From a virus (lineage: Duplodnaviria; Caudoviricetes): 64,000 nt of DNA. The position numbers and the translations under genes are program-made. Location: IMG/VR virus record IMGVR_UViG_3300021400_000103; one strand, written 5' to 3'. How positions within the stretch are numbered: position 1 is the first letter of the stretch; each line of letters opens with the position of its first letter. Shown here in pieces: positions 9,832 to 19,736 of this stretch. The notes beneath the pieces were generated by a model. It was given only the letters and a program-made list of their open reading frames with translations, made no database searches and was not told where the DNA came from.

Positions 9832-11049
9832 ATGATTACAAGTTTTGATAATCTTGTTATTGATCGAGTTGTAGACGGTTGGTTTGAGTCTAAGTCTACC
9901 GGCGACCTGCTTGCTGTTCTTGATCAGATTTCTAACTTTTCTATCAATACAACTTCTGAGACTAAGGATAAGACAGACGCTCAGGGCGCTCTGCTTAAGA
10001 GATATTTTACTTCCAAGTCAGTAGAGGTTTCTGGTGAGAATGCAACATTCTCTATGAACCTGTTTGCACTTCAGAATGGTGTATCTAAGGTAACAGGAAC
10101 CGATGTTGTCATCCCGAGAATTTATCTCGCAGAGAAAGGTACTGGAACCATCACTCTTCCCGAGGAGCCTATTGAGGGTACATTTAAGCTTTACGGAACA
10201 ACTCCGAATGGCAATGCTGATCTTGAGAAGAAGTATTCTCCGGCTGAGGGAGATGATCCGGAACCGGGCGCTGGTACATATGTCCTTAATGGAACAACTC
10301 TTCAGCTTCCTACCGACGTAACTGATTCTGTACAGATTAAGTATGAGCGTAATGTAGGCGCAGCAGATGTAGCTGCAAGAGTTAACGTACAGGGTGACAA
10401 GTTCCCGAAGGAGTGCAAGGCTACATTCCGTGTACTTTGCTCCGATCTTTGCGAGTCTGAGGAAGTACTTGCACTTTACATCGTATTTGAGAAGTTCCAG
10501 ATGAGTCCTGATTTTGATTGGACTGTAGACACAGAGTCAACTCAGAACTTCTCTGCTACGGCATTCAAGGATTTTCAAAAAGCAGAATACAATCGAGCTG
10601 CATAAGATCCCGTATTCAGTAATGAGTATGAAAAAAAATAACACATTGAATTGCTGGAAAACCGTAAAGCCAAATAAACCACAACGCAATATCTTAAATG
10701 GTATAATCGTGATGGTGACGAAAGTAGAAAAAATTATTTGGATGATATATGGTTAAACCCTAAGTATCGTAAGAATTGGCAATCAGCAACCAAGCCCGAA
10801 AGGGAAGGTTCAACGACTATCCTTATATAGGAGTAGATAACAAGCGATTGGTTATCGAAGTGGTGTGCGCCCGGTTTATGGGTGATGATATAGTCTAGTC
10901 TCTTGATGAAAGTCAGAGGTGTATATACACGAAATAGTGTAGCGAACTATTTTAAATATTATAACGATTGTGCAAAGAATCAGGTTCTGTATTACATCGC
11001 AGTTGCAGATGATACGGATGATTATGACACAAAGCAGTTTGTTGGCTAA
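9832..11049 (+). CDS. Major tail (tube) protein split by group I intron 2; exons 9832-10573 and 10967-11049
   Basis: High-expression codon bias; join gat t|at tgt reads ...AFKDY-CAKNQVLYYIAVADDTDDYDTKQFVG*. Confidence 0.8.
10574..10966 (+). mobile_element. Group I intron 2 (393 nt, no ORF)
   Basis: P1 ggatt/gatcc with U10573-G10606; P10 gcataa/ttgtgc; core ttgaattgctggaa, aatcagcaaccaag, gttcaacgacta, gatatagtct; terminal G10966. Confidence 0.9.
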
Positions 11050-11184
11050 TTTAGAACAAACTGTGAAATTATAGTTATCATACCTGATTTTTAAATTGTA
11101 TTACTGTATAATATGAGCAAGAGGGGCATACGCCCCTCTTGTCTTATAGTATAGCCAAAATATTCTAGTATAGGAGAGTTAAAA

Positions 11185-11655
11185 ATGGCTAAAGAGCGAA
11201 ATTGCATTTTTTGTGGGAAGTCATACGTATACTGCCCAAACTGTAAAGAATATAGTTTAAATCCAAAATGGATGTTTAATTTTGACAGCGAGAAATGTCA
11301 TGACTTATATGATGCGATTTCTGGATATAATATAGGTGTAAAAACAAAGGAAGATATAAAGCTTGTATTGGATAAATACGGCATTACGGATTATTCGGAA
11401 TTCTCTGAGAAACTCCAGAGAAAACTGAACGGTATGTTCGGAGGAGATGTGAGTAATATAAACGTTTCCAAGCATACAGTTGAAGAGCCAATTGTATCAG
11501 ACGAAGTCAATGAAGATGTCGTTGTTGATGTAACTGCAGAACCTGAAATTATATCCGTCGTAGAAGAACCGACTGTTGATGAACCGGTTATTCCACAAAG
11601 AAGTCGCAGAATGCGAAGAAAAAACTATGGGAAGACAGCCAATACTGAAGAGTAG
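11185..11655 (+). CDS. Hypothetical protein with N-terminal CxxC...CxxC zinc finger
   Basis: CIFCGKSYVYCPNC motif. Confidence 0.7.
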   Translation: MAKERNCIFCGKSYVYCPNCKEYSLNPKWMFNFDSEKCHDLYDAISGYNIGVKTKEDIKLVLDKYGITDYSEFSEKLQRKLNGMFGGDVSNINVSKHTVEEPIVSDEVNEDVVVDVTAEPEIISVVEEPTVDEPVIPQRSRRMRRKNYGKTANTEE

Positions 11656-11689
11656 TATTGGCTCTTCTTTTTACTTGTAGGAGGGATTA

Positions 11690-11863
11690 ATGATAATTAA
11701 ACCAAATTTTTACACACATGATTATGATCCAAAGAAAGTAATCAAGGTTGTAAATCAATCCAAACAAAAACTATATATATCATTTGGGTTATATCCATGT
11801 GATATATATGTAAATCTTGATGGTCAATTAGTAATGTTGTTTGAAAAATCAACATTATCATAA
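11690..11863 (+). CDS. Small hypothetical protein (57 aa), paralog of the next gene; not in the ORF track
   Basis: RBS aggagg; MIIKPNFYTHDYDPKKVIKVVNQSKQKLYISFGLYPCDIY...LVMLFEK shares the N-x-K-Q...P-x-D-I-Y...V-x-x-F pattern with 11887-12090. Confidence 0.6.
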   Translation: MIIKPNFYTHDYDPKKVIKVVNQSKQKLYISFGLYPCDIYVNLDGQLVMLFEKSTLS

Positions 11864-11886
11864 TTACAGTGATTGAGGTGAGCTAA

Positions 11887-12090
11887 ATGGAAAAAAGAAT
11901 TATTAATCTAGATAAATATATATGTATTCTCAATCCAAAACAAGCAGCCTTCTATTGGGGCGAAAAAGGAATTGAGCCTAAAGACATATATCCGAGTGTT
12001 GATAATAGAAATGAACAACCGATTATAGTGTTTGTTTTTAATCGAATAGATACCCAGGAAGCATATAAAGAATGGGTCGAGAGAAGGTAG
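11887..12090 (+). CDS. Small hypothetical protein (67 aa)
   Basis: RBS gaggtg; paralog of 11690-11863. Confidence 0.7.
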   Translation: MEKRIINLDKYICILNPKQAAFYWGEKGIEPKDIYPSVDNRNEQPIIVFVFNRIDTQEAYKEWVERR

Positions 12091-12098
12091 GTGGACAA

Positions 12099-13214
12099 AT
12101 GAAACCAATATACTTGGACAATGCTGCATCTACGCCAGTACGTCCACGCGTATTGGCAAAATTTGTAGAAATTGCCGATAGTTTGTATGGCAATCCAAGC
12201 TCGAAACATATAGAAGGGCTAGATGCTTATGAAGAAGTTTCGCACACAAAAGATAAGATTTCGGAGTTTCTATCGTGTGCAAGTGATGAGATATATTTTA
12301 CATCTGGCGCAACAATGTCTAACAACATTTTGATTCAAGGCATGTTTCGTAAGCATCCAGAAACAATGTTAATCATATCCAATGTTGAGCATAACGACAT
12401 TATGGAGTTATATAATTGGTTACCATATACAAAGCGCATAGTGCCAGTAAATAAAAGCGGAATAATTGATTTAGCAATATTAGATGATCTAATAAATGAA
12501 TGTAAGGAAACAGGTAGATATAGCCTTGTCAGTGTTCAGTTAGCTAATTCGGAGACAGGGATTATACAACCTGTTAGGGAAATCTCTGAAATAGTACACA
12601 AACATGACAAGGCTTTTTTTCATTCAGACGCGACGCAGTATATACCATATTATCCTGTTAATACGGATGAAATGGGCATCGATGCTTTATCAATGTCTGG
12701 TCAAAAGATCAATGGGCTAAAAGGAAGTGGAATACTTGCTCTACGACGAGGTATGCAAGAACATGTCGCTCCAATTATATTTGGTGAACAAGGATTAATT
12801 GGCGGTACTCCTGCCACTCCACTTATTTCAAGTCTTGGAGAAGCATTTGAATTATTGAATTATAACAATATTGAACTCAAACATAAAAGAGACATTTTAT
12901 TACGGCATCTTGAAGATCTCGGAGGTGTCTTAGTGGGTACTATAGAAAACCGTTTACCAAACAATATCTATATCCGGTTTCCTGGGGTTGGCGGTATGAC
13001 ATTGTTAAATCTTTTGAATGACTATGGTATCTATATCGGTACAGGATCTGCATGTTCTACCGATTCTGATAAACCAAGTCATGTAGCAATGGCGTATGGA
13101 TTGAGTCCGGAAGAAGCTCTGGAATGTGTAAGATTTACCCTGAGTAACGAAAACACCTATGAAGAGATCGAGTATGTAGTAAAGGTAATAAAAGCAATAT
13201 TATGTTTATTCTAA
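12099..13214 (+). CDS. iscS: Cysteine desulfurase (IscS/NifS family, PLP-dependent)
   Basis: IYLDNAASTP, FTSGAT, VEH, HSDATQ, SGQK (PLP Lys) and GSACS (catalytic Cys) motifs. Confidence 0.9.
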   Translation: MKPIYLDNAASTPVRPRVLAKFVEIADSLYGNPSSKHIEGLDAYEEVSHTKDKISEFLSCASDEIYFTSGATMSNNILIQGMFRKHPETMLIISNVEHNDIMELYNWLPYTKRIVPVNKSGIIDLAILDDLINECKETGRYSLVSVQLANSETGIIQPVREISEIVHKHDKAFFHSDATQYIPYYPVNTDEMGIDALSMSGQKINGLKGSGILALRRGMQEHVAPIIFGEQGLIGGTPATPLISSLGEAFELLNYNNIELKHKRDILLRHLEDLGGVLVGTIENRLPNNIYIRFPGVGGMTLLNLLNDYGIYIGTGSACSTDSDKPSHVAMAYGLSPEEALECVRFTLSNENTYEEIEYVVKVIKAILCLF

Positions 13215-13225
13215 GGAGGGATCTT

Positions 13226-14248
13226 GTGGATACAATTGCAAAACGAAGTGACGAGATTACAGATGAAATGTGGCAAAAAGTTAACAAGTTTAATCGGGAT
13301 CTCTCACAAGAATTTATGGACAGTAAAATTGAATTGTCAGAAAAATCAAAGATACAGTATGCGTCTGGATTACGGATTTTTTTCTGGTGGGTTCATGAGA
13401 ATTTAGAAAACAAAAAATGTATAGATATAAAGAAAAAAGAGTTTGTTAAATATCTAAATTGGTTGACCAATCGAGGATTGTCTGACTCTGCCATTAAATT
13501 AAAAAAATCCGTAATCAGTTCATTGTGTAGTTATATATCTGAATTCTATGAAGATGAGTACCCAACATTTAGACCATTTGTAACATCGAGTATGAAAGTT
13601 ATACAAACGGGCTTTGTCCACGAAAAGCAGCCATTAACAACAAAAGAATACGAAGATTTGTGCAAAAAGCTTGAAGAGATGGAAAAATGGCAAATACTTG
13701 CATGGTTAAAATTTTCTTATTCAACTGGATGTCGGAGAGCGGAGTCTCGACAGCTATTAAAGGAAGTGGTTAACTACTCTCCTATTGTTAAAACTTTAAC
13801 CATAAAAGACAAAGATGGAAACGAAGTAGAAACTCAATCTATATCCTACAAAACACATAAGATTCGTTGCAAAGGGAGAAGTATGGCTGGAAAAATTCGT
13901 CAGTTACAGTTTAGCGAAGACGCCATGAAGGCGATAAAGAAATGGTTGGAGATCAGAGGTGACGACGATTGTCCTTATGTATTTGTTTCTAAACATAGCG
14001 ACGGATCTATACATCAGGTAAGTGAAACATGTTTCAATGATTGGTGTAGTGACTTATTGACAAAATTAGTTGGCAGGAGAATACATCCGCATTTGCTTAG
14101 AGAAAGCAGAGCAACCAATATAGTTGTCGAAGAGGGGAAATCCGTAGAAACAGCACAAAAGCTTCTCGGACACGAAAGTTCTGAAACAACAATTAAGCAT
14201 TATATTATTAGAGAAGATACAGATGATGCCGACGAGGCATTTGTTTAG
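13226..14248 (+). CDS. Tyrosine recombinase (XerC/D-like) 1
   Basis: TGCRRAE, HPHLLR, LLGH and terminal HY catalytic motifs; RBS aggagg before GTG 13226. Confidence 0.85.
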   Translation: MDTIAKRSDEITDEMWQKVNKFNRDLSQEFMDSKIELSEKSKIQYASGLRIFFWWVHENLENKKCIDIKKKEFVKYLNWLTNRGLSDSAIKLKKSVISSLCSYISEFYEDEYPTFRPFVTSSMKVIQTGFVHEKQPLTTKEYEDLCKKLEEMEKWQILAWLKFSYSTGCRRAESRQLLKEVVNYSPIVKTLTIKDKDGNEVETQSISYKTHKIRCKGRSMAGKIRQLQFSEDAMKAIKKWLEIRGDDDCPYVFVSKHSDGSIHQVSETCFNDWCSDLLTKLVGRRIHPHLLRESRATNIVVEEGKSVETAQKLLGHESSETTIKHYIIREDTDDADEAFV

Positions 14249-14262
14249 AAAGGAGATAGAAT

Positions 14263-14532
14263 ATGGATTTAGCAGAGATTATTCAAAAGTTTAGTTCTCC
14301 GATAATCGTACTAATCTGTTTAACAATTGGTTATGTGGTAAAGAAATTATCCTTTGTGCCGGATAAGTTTATACCGTTAATTATGTTTGTTTTGGGCAGC
14401 ATATTCGGATTTATTACGAATGGGTGGAGTTTTAATTCCTTTGTCCTCGGAGCTGTATCCGGCGTAGCGTCAACCGGATTACACCAGTTATTTAAGCAGT
14501 TAATCGAGAAGGATTCAGATGACCCTCGGTAA
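14263..14532 (+). CDS. Phage holin
   Basis: 89 aa with 2-3 hydrophobic helices; KFIPLI and GxxSGxASTGLHQ motifs. Confidence 0.8.
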   Translation: MDLAEIIQKFSSPIIVLICLTIGYVVKKLSFVPDKFIPLIMFVLGSIFGFITNGWSFNSFVLGAVSGVASTGLHQLFKQLIEKDSDDPR

Positions 14533-14995
14533 TATTTGGGATGTAATAACCCATAACCCCGGATGGATAACAGTAATCATAGTATTACTCTTCTCTCTCG
14601 TTGAAGTATCTAAAATTAAACTTAATCCTTGGTCGGCAATAGGAAGAACAATCGGTAAGTTTTTAGGGGTTAAGGAAGTAAGGGATAAAATAGACGCAGT
14701 TGAGAAAAAGGTAGACAATTTAGAAAATAAGGTAAATGAAGTCGAGAATACAGTTGAGGAAGGCGAGGCAATTGATGCTAGGGCGAGGATTTTGCGATTT
14801 TCAAGAGAAATCCAAGACGGAATATTCCACGACAAAGGAATGTGGGATCATATAATGGCTGATATCGTTAAGTATGACCATTATGTAGATACCCACGAGG
14901 ACTTCAAAAATGGTATTACAGAGCCAACTGCTGAGTACCTACAGGAACAATATAAGGAGAGGTTGAGAAAGAGAGATTGGGACAAAAGATCATAG
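14519..14995 (+). CDS. Membrane-anchored coiled-coil protein (holin-associated)
   Basis: N-terminal TM helix, KIKLNPWS motif, coiled coil. Confidence 0.65.
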   Translation: MTLGNIWDVITHNPGWITVIIVLLFSLVEVSKIKLNPWSAIGRTIGKFLGVKEVRDKIDAVEKKVDNLENKVNEVENTVEEGEAIDARARILRFSREIQDGIFHDKGMWDHIMADIVKYDHYVDTHEDFKNGITEPTAEYLQEQYKERLRKRDWDKRS

Positions 14996-15471
14996 GTAAA
15001 CTACTCTCCTTCGACTGCTCAACGACATGTACTGGGTTAGCCTATTGGGAAAAAGGGAAATATAAAGAATCATATATTATTGACTGCCGTAAAATGAAAG
15101 ACTCGGAAGAACGCTGTCAATATATGAGTGAGATGATATGGAAGGCTTTAGATTACTATAAGCCTTCCATTGTTGTTATGGAAGATACTTACTACAAGCG
15201 CAATCCTGACGGATATAAAAAACTTAATCGTTTACAAGGAATTATATGGGGATGGTGTATAGGGCACAATAAGGAATTTAATATATTGATGCCCAGCGCA
15301 TGGCGTAAGTATATTCCTGAATGTCCCAATGGTAGGAGCGCGAAGAGAGATGAACAAAAAGCATTTGCTATAAATTATGTATCAAAACAATATAAAGTAA
15401 AGGCGAAAACCGATGATGAGGCAGAAGCAATTCTAATCGGAGAGGCTTTACTTCGGAAACAAACGGGGTAA
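14977..15471 (+). CDS. RuvC-like Holliday junction resolvase
   Basis: LSFDCSTTCTG, VVMED and DDEAEAILIG acidic motifs. Confidence 0.8.
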   Translation: MGQKIIGKLLSFDCSTTCTGLAYWEKGKYKESYIIDCRKMKDSEERCQYMSEMIWKALDYYKPSIVVMEDTYYKRNPDGYKKLNRLQGIIWGWCIGHNKEFNILMPSAWRKYIPECPNGRSAKRDEQKAFAINYVSKQYKVKAKTDDEAEAILIGEALLRKQTG

Positions 15472-15495
15472 ATAGAACGCTGAAGAGGTTGGACT

Positions 15496-15690
15496 ATGTA
15501 CTCATATGAAATGAAAGATTTTTTAGAACAACGAAATTATCGACTAACACCACAGGAATGTTTATCAATTATAAATCCGTATGCAAATACGCAGATTAGT
15601 AGCATCAAGCATTACTCTTCTGATAATCAATATATGGTTGATACGGACGACGGATATCATTTTAGATTCTGGGTGGAAAAATATAATTAA
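15496..15690 (+). CDS. Hypothetical protein
   Basis: RBS and ORF. Confidence 0.65.
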   Translation: MYSYEMKDFLEQRNYRLTPQECLSIINPYANTQISSIKHYSSDNQYMVDTDDGYHFRFWVEKYN

Positions 15691-15708
15691 TGATAAAAAG
15701 GAGAATAA

Positions 15709-16131
15709 GTGATTATGAAAATCGAAAAATTATTAGATTACAACAACAGCATTAAAGCCATTATAGACAATGCAAAAGATGTTAATGCGCTGGTGAAGTT
15801 TAGACTACTCAGTATGTGCAAGCAAATCGAACCAATCGAAGAGATTGTCGAGAAGGTTAGAATTGAAAAGTTAAAACAGTATGGGTCTACGACAGCAGAT
15901 GGTAGCATAGGAATCTTTGAACCTGTTAAAGAGGATTATGAGAATGATGCAGATTATAATGATGCAATCAAGAAATATGAAAAAGATGTGTCGAGTTTTC
16001 AAAAAGATATGAATGAGTTATTAAGCTCGGAAGCAGACATTGAAATAAAGAAATTTAAGCCATCAGATATTTTCGACGCTGGTCTTCCGGCTGATTATTT
16101 GCTAGTAATTTATGATTTAATTGAAGAGTGA
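15709..16131 (+). CDS. Hypothetical helical protein
   Basis: RBS aaggag and ORF. Confidence 0.65.
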   Translation: MIMKIEKLLDYNNSIKAIIDNAKDVNALVKFRLLSMCKQIEPIEEIVEKVRIEKLKQYGSTTADGSIGIFEPVKEDYENDADYNDAIKKYEKDVSSFQKDMNELLSSEADIEIKKFKPSDIFDAGLPADYLLVIYDLIEE

Positions 16132-16144
16132 TTTGGAGGGACAT

Positions 16145-16657
16145 ATGAATAAAATATCAGTAGAAATGTTTTGTAAAACATTTAAGGTACAAGCAAAGGG
16201 TGCAGAGAAAACATTTAAAGATTTTTTGAATAAACATATAGTAACAGATTATGTTGACATTTTAAAAAAAAGTGTAATTTGCCAGGGAATTGTTAAGGCA
16301 ACATGTTATGCAAAAGATGGAAACAGAGAATTTGTAAAGTTCAATCGAGTAGGGCAATACATATTTTTCATTATGAAACTGATCGAACTATATACGGATA
16401 TCGAAATCGACGGAAATAGGCTTTCCGATCAGTATGATGAGTTAAATAAGGTTGGCGCTATTGATGCTCTTATCTCTGCTATTCCAGAGTCGGAATATAA
16501 GGAATTTTATACCATCTTAAATATGTGTATAGATGATATGAGGGATAATGAATATAGTATTACCGCTCTACTCTACAACCTTAAACAGAGTTTTTCATTA
16601 TCTGAGGAAGTTATTTCTTCCGTACTTAAACAATTAGAAGAAACTAAAAGCGAATAA
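16145..16657 (+). CDS. Hypothetical protein (possible tail assembly chaperone)
   Basis: RBS ggaggg; acidic helical protein upstream of the TMP region. Confidence 0.55.
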   Translation: MNKISVEMFCKTFKVQAKGAEKTFKDFLNKHIVTDYVDILKKSVICQGIVKATCYAKDGNREFVKFNRVGQYIFFIMKLIELYTDIEIDGNRLSDQYDELNKVGAIDALISAIPESEYKEFYTILNMCIDDMRDNEYSITALLYNLKQSFSLSEEVISSVLKQLEETKSE

Positions 16658-16678
16658 AATCAACGGAGGGCTATTGGC

Positions 16679-17062
16679 ATGGCTTATAAATACTACAATC
16701 CAAATAATAGAACAAAAGACGATCGTGGGGATTGCGTGATACGAGCAATCTCAAAAATAATGAATCAATCATGGGATAAAACATATCTTGAGTTATGTGT
16801 GCAAGGTTATCTTATGGGAGATTGGGGAAATAGTAATCGAGTTTGGGATTCTTATTTAAAGGGTTGTGGTTTTATACGGAGAGTCATTCCTGATATGTGT
16901 CCAGATTGTTATACCGTAGAAGATTTTTGCCATGATAATCCTTATGGTAGCTATATTCTGGCAACAGGCTCACACGTTATTGCAGTTATAAATGGTAGTT
17001 ATTATGATGCATGGGACTCCGGTGACGAAGTCCCTATATATTTTTATGAACGGAGGTCATGA
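16679..17062 (+). CDS. Cassette gene 1: Cys/His protein (possible papain-like peptidase fold)
   Basis: YYNPN, GDCVIRAI, CPDC, GSHVIAV and YYDAWDS motifs. Confidence 0.7.
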   Translation: MAYKYYNPNNRTKDDRGDCVIRAISKIMNQSWDKTYLELCVQGYLMGDWGNSNRVWDSYLKGCGFIRRVIPDMCPDCYTVEDFCHDNPYGSYILATGSHVIAVINGSYYDAWDSGDEVPIYFYERRS

Positions 17063-17613
17063 CAATGGCATACGCAACAAATCCTTATCTCTATGGGTAC
17101 AATACGTTTGGTTACTACCCAACGGTGCAGCCTACAATACCTGCACCAATTGTTGAACAGCCACAAGCACAGACTATGTATCCGACACAAATGTCGGGAA
17201 CATCGCAACCAAAATCAGATAATTCTTATATTATATGGGTTCAAGGCGAAGCTGGCGCAAAAGCATATCCAGTAGCCCGTGGTACTACTCTCCCGCTGTT
17301 TGATACTGAGGGAGATTTTGTCTATTTTAAGTCTGTTAACGAAAATGGTATACCAATGCCTTTGGTAACCATGAAGCTCGTTTCGGTCGAAAAGGATGAA
17401 ATTCCCGCACCGCAAGAAACGGTTGTTGTTGAACAGCCGCAAATAGACATGAGTATGTATGTAACCAAAGAAAAGTATGAAGAGCTGGCGGATCGAGTAT
17501 TAGAGTTGGAAACGAAACCGGATCCTGTCACGTCGGTAACTTCAAACTTTACAGGAAACACATTTAATAATACGAGAAAGGAGAACAAAGATGGGAATAA
17601 GTTCACTTTTTAA
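17059..17613 (+). CDS. Cassette gene 2: P/Q/Y-rich N-terminus plus WVQGEAGAKAY domain
   Basis: Coupled ORF; low-complexity N-terminus. Confidence 0.7.
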   Translation: MTMAYATNPYLYGYNTFGYYPTVQPTIPAPIVEQPQAQTMYPTQMSGTSQPKSDNSYIIWVQGEAGAKAYPVARGTTLPLFDTEGDFVYFKSVNENGIPMPLVTMKLVSVEKDEIPAPQETVVVEQPQIDMSMYVTKEKYEELADRVLELETKPDPVTSVTSNFTGNTFNNTRKENKDGNKFTF

Positions 17614-17818
17614 CATGTTTGGTAAGCAACAACCGCAGATGAACAACGGCTTACTAAATATGGTGAGCCAGTTCAATCAGTTTAAGAGTTCGTTTAAAGG
17701 CGATCCAAGACAGCAGGTACAGCAGTTATTGAATTCCGGACAGATGACTCAACAGCAGTTTAATCAACTTTCTCAGGCCGCCACGCAGTTTCAGCGGATG
17801 CTGAACGGTAGGCGGTAA
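17591..17818 (+). CDS. Cassette gene 3: Q/N-rich 75-aa protein
   Basis: GDPRQQVQQLLNSGQMTQQQFNQ. Confidence 0.7.
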   Translation: MGISSLFNMFGKQQPQMNNGLLNMVSQFNQFKSSFKGDPRQQVQQLLNSGQMTQQQFNQLSQAATQFQRMLNGRR

Positions 17819-17901
17819 TTTTAATTAGGTTTCAATCCATTGCGCAAGGATGAAATATAAAAACACTTATTAACTAATTTCTTCACGAAAGGAGAAAAAA
17901 C

Positions 17902-18645
17902 ATGGCAATTTCAGATGGTTCTTTAAGTGCTGCAGATGTAGCAGCTGTAACTGGCAACGGCGGCTGGGGATTTGGTAATGGCGATGGCTCATTCTGGATT
18001 ATCATCCTATTCCTGTTCTTATTCGGAGCAAATGGATGGGGAAATGGTGGATTCGGCGGTAACGGTGGTTACGGCGGAGTTCCATATGTAGTTAATGATG
18101 TTCAGCGTGGATTTGACCAGTCCGCAGTAATGAGCGGTATCAATGGAATTCAGACATCGCTTTCTAATGGATTCGCAAATGCCGAGGTATCAAGATGTAA
18201 TACCCTCGCAAATCTCACCAATCAGATGAATTCAATTGCGATGGCACAACAGCAATGCTGCTGTGATAATCGCGCAGCCACAGCCGACCTGAAATACACT
18301 GTTGCAACTGAAGCTTGTGCAGACAGACAAGCGGTAACAGATGCACTTCAGGTAGTAACAAACACTGTAAATAGTGGTATTCAGTCCATCAAAGACCAGC
18401 TCTGCCAGGATAAGATTGACTCTAAGAACGAGGAGATTGCAAATCTTCGTACTCAGATTAATCTCTCTAATCTTGCTGCTTCTCAAGGAGCGCAGACGGC
18501 TGCTCTTATAGCTGATAATAATGCACAGACACAGGCTTTAATTAATAGAATAGCACCATATCCCGTACCTTCATATTCAGTTCCAGCTCCTTTTTACTAC
18601 GGTGTTGGATGTAATATGGGATGCGGTTGCGGTTATGGCGCATAA
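17902..18645 (+). CDS. Cassette gene 4: Gly-rich TM protein with CCC motif and coiled coil
   Basis: WIIILFLFLFG segment flanked by G/N/W repeats; QQQCCCD; C-terminal GCGCG. Confidence 0.75.
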   Translation: MAISDGSLSAADVAAVTGNGGWGFGNGDGSFWIIILFLFLFGANGWGNGGFGGNGGYGGVPYVVNDVQRGFDQSAVMSGINGIQTSLSNGFANAEVSRCNTLANLTNQMNSIAMAQQQCCCDNRAATADLKYTVATEACADRQAVTDALQVVTNTVNSGIQSIKDQLCQDKIDSKNEEIANLRTQINLSNLAASQGAQTAALIADNNAQTQALINRIAPYPVPSYSVPAPFYYGVGCNMGCGCGYGA

Positions 18646-18712
18646 CAATCATAACTCCTAAGGTAACATATTTTCATAAAGAAATTTTCGGTTTAAACCG
18701 ATTTTGATACCG

Positions 18713-18742
18713 ACCCCTACCTTGACCAAGGTAGGGGTTTTT
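18713..18742 (+). terminator. Intrinsic terminator
   Basis: acccctacctt/aaggtaggggt + tttt. Confidence 0.75.
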
Positions 18743-18764
18743 ACAAGAATGGAGGATCAACAAA

Positions 18765-19220
18765 ATGGCGGAATACAGAGAAAACGCTGTACAGACCGTG
18801 GCTCCTGGAGCGACGGTTGTTTTTAGTAATGACTTCTTCCCGTGTAATAAGGGATATATTGTACACCAAAATGATTCTGGGTTATTTCAGGTTCGTGGAA
18901 TTGTGAATAACCCGTGTGCTATGTATGGTAGATTATCCATAGATTTTAGCGCCAACATCGCAGTTCCTTCTACCGGTACTGCTGAGGCAATAAGCCTTGC
19001 AGTGACCGTCAACGGAGCAACAGAACCTGCAACTTCAATGGTTGTTACTCCAGCAGCTGTCGCTACAGACCCACCGACAGATGCTAATTTCTTCAATGTT
19101 GCACGTATGGTAGAAATACCCATTCCTCGTGGTTGTTGCCAAAATGTGGCAATCACAAATACTTCAAATCAGGCGATTTTGGTAAAGAACGCCATCATAG
19201 ACCTGGATAGAATAGCGTAA
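18765..19220 (+). CDS. Cassette gene 5: beta-rich protein (C1q/BclA-C-like fold is a guess)
   Basis: MAEY..AVQTV start; alternating beta pattern; GCC motif. Confidence 0.65.
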   Translation: MAEYRENAVQTVAPGATVVFSNDFFPCNKGYIVHQNDSGLFQVRGIVNNPCAMYGRLSIDFSANIAVPSTGTAEAISLAVTVNGATEPATSMVVTPAAVATDPPTDANFFNVARMVEIPIPRGCCQNVAITNTSNQAILVKNAIIDLDRIA

Positions 19221-19239
19221 GGAAGGAGGTATTTTTGCA

Positions 19240-19656
19240 ATGGATGTATTAGATATTATTTATGACAAAGCATGTTGCGAACTTGAAGAGATTGGAAAGA
19301 AAGAAAAACTGGACAGCAAAGACGTTGAGCTTATGGACAAATTTGTAGACATTATGAAGGATATTGAGGAAATGTCTGGATCACAGGATCAGATGGGATA
19401 TTCTCAGACTGGCGGTGGCTATAATAACGGCAGCAGTTATGGCAGAGGAATGCGTATGAATCGTATGAGTCCAATGTATAATCGTAGCTATGGTAGCCGT
19501 GGGTCTTACGGTCGAGGTATGACTGGTGGATATTCCCGTGATGAATCTAAAGATATGATGCTTGAGCGTCTTCAGGAAGTAATGGATATGGCTGTGGATG
19601 AGAAGGATCGAAAGGCTGTATCGAGATTAATGGAACAGATGGATAGTCGTAATTAA
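19240..19656 (+). CDS. Cassette gene 6: helical protein with G/S/Y/R/M-rich centre
   Basis: SYGRG-type repeats; YSRDE. Confidence 0.7.
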   Translation: MDVLDIIYDKACCELEEIGKKEKLDSKDVELMDKFVDIMKDIEEMSGSQDQMGYSQTGGGYNNGSSYGRGMRMNRMSPMYNRSYGSRGSYGRGMTGGYSRDESKDMMLERLQEVMDMAVDEKDRKAVSRLMEQMDSRN

Positions 19657-19668
19657 ATAGTGATTTAT

Positions 19669-19704
19669 AGCCCAAGGGTGTGTAATCACTCTTGGGCTTT
19701 TTTT
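19669..19704 (+). terminator. Intrinsic terminator
   Basis: agcccaagggtg/cactcttgggct + T-tract. Confidence 0.75.
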
Positions 19705-19736
19705 AAATTAGAAAACAACCTGAGAGGATTCTATAT

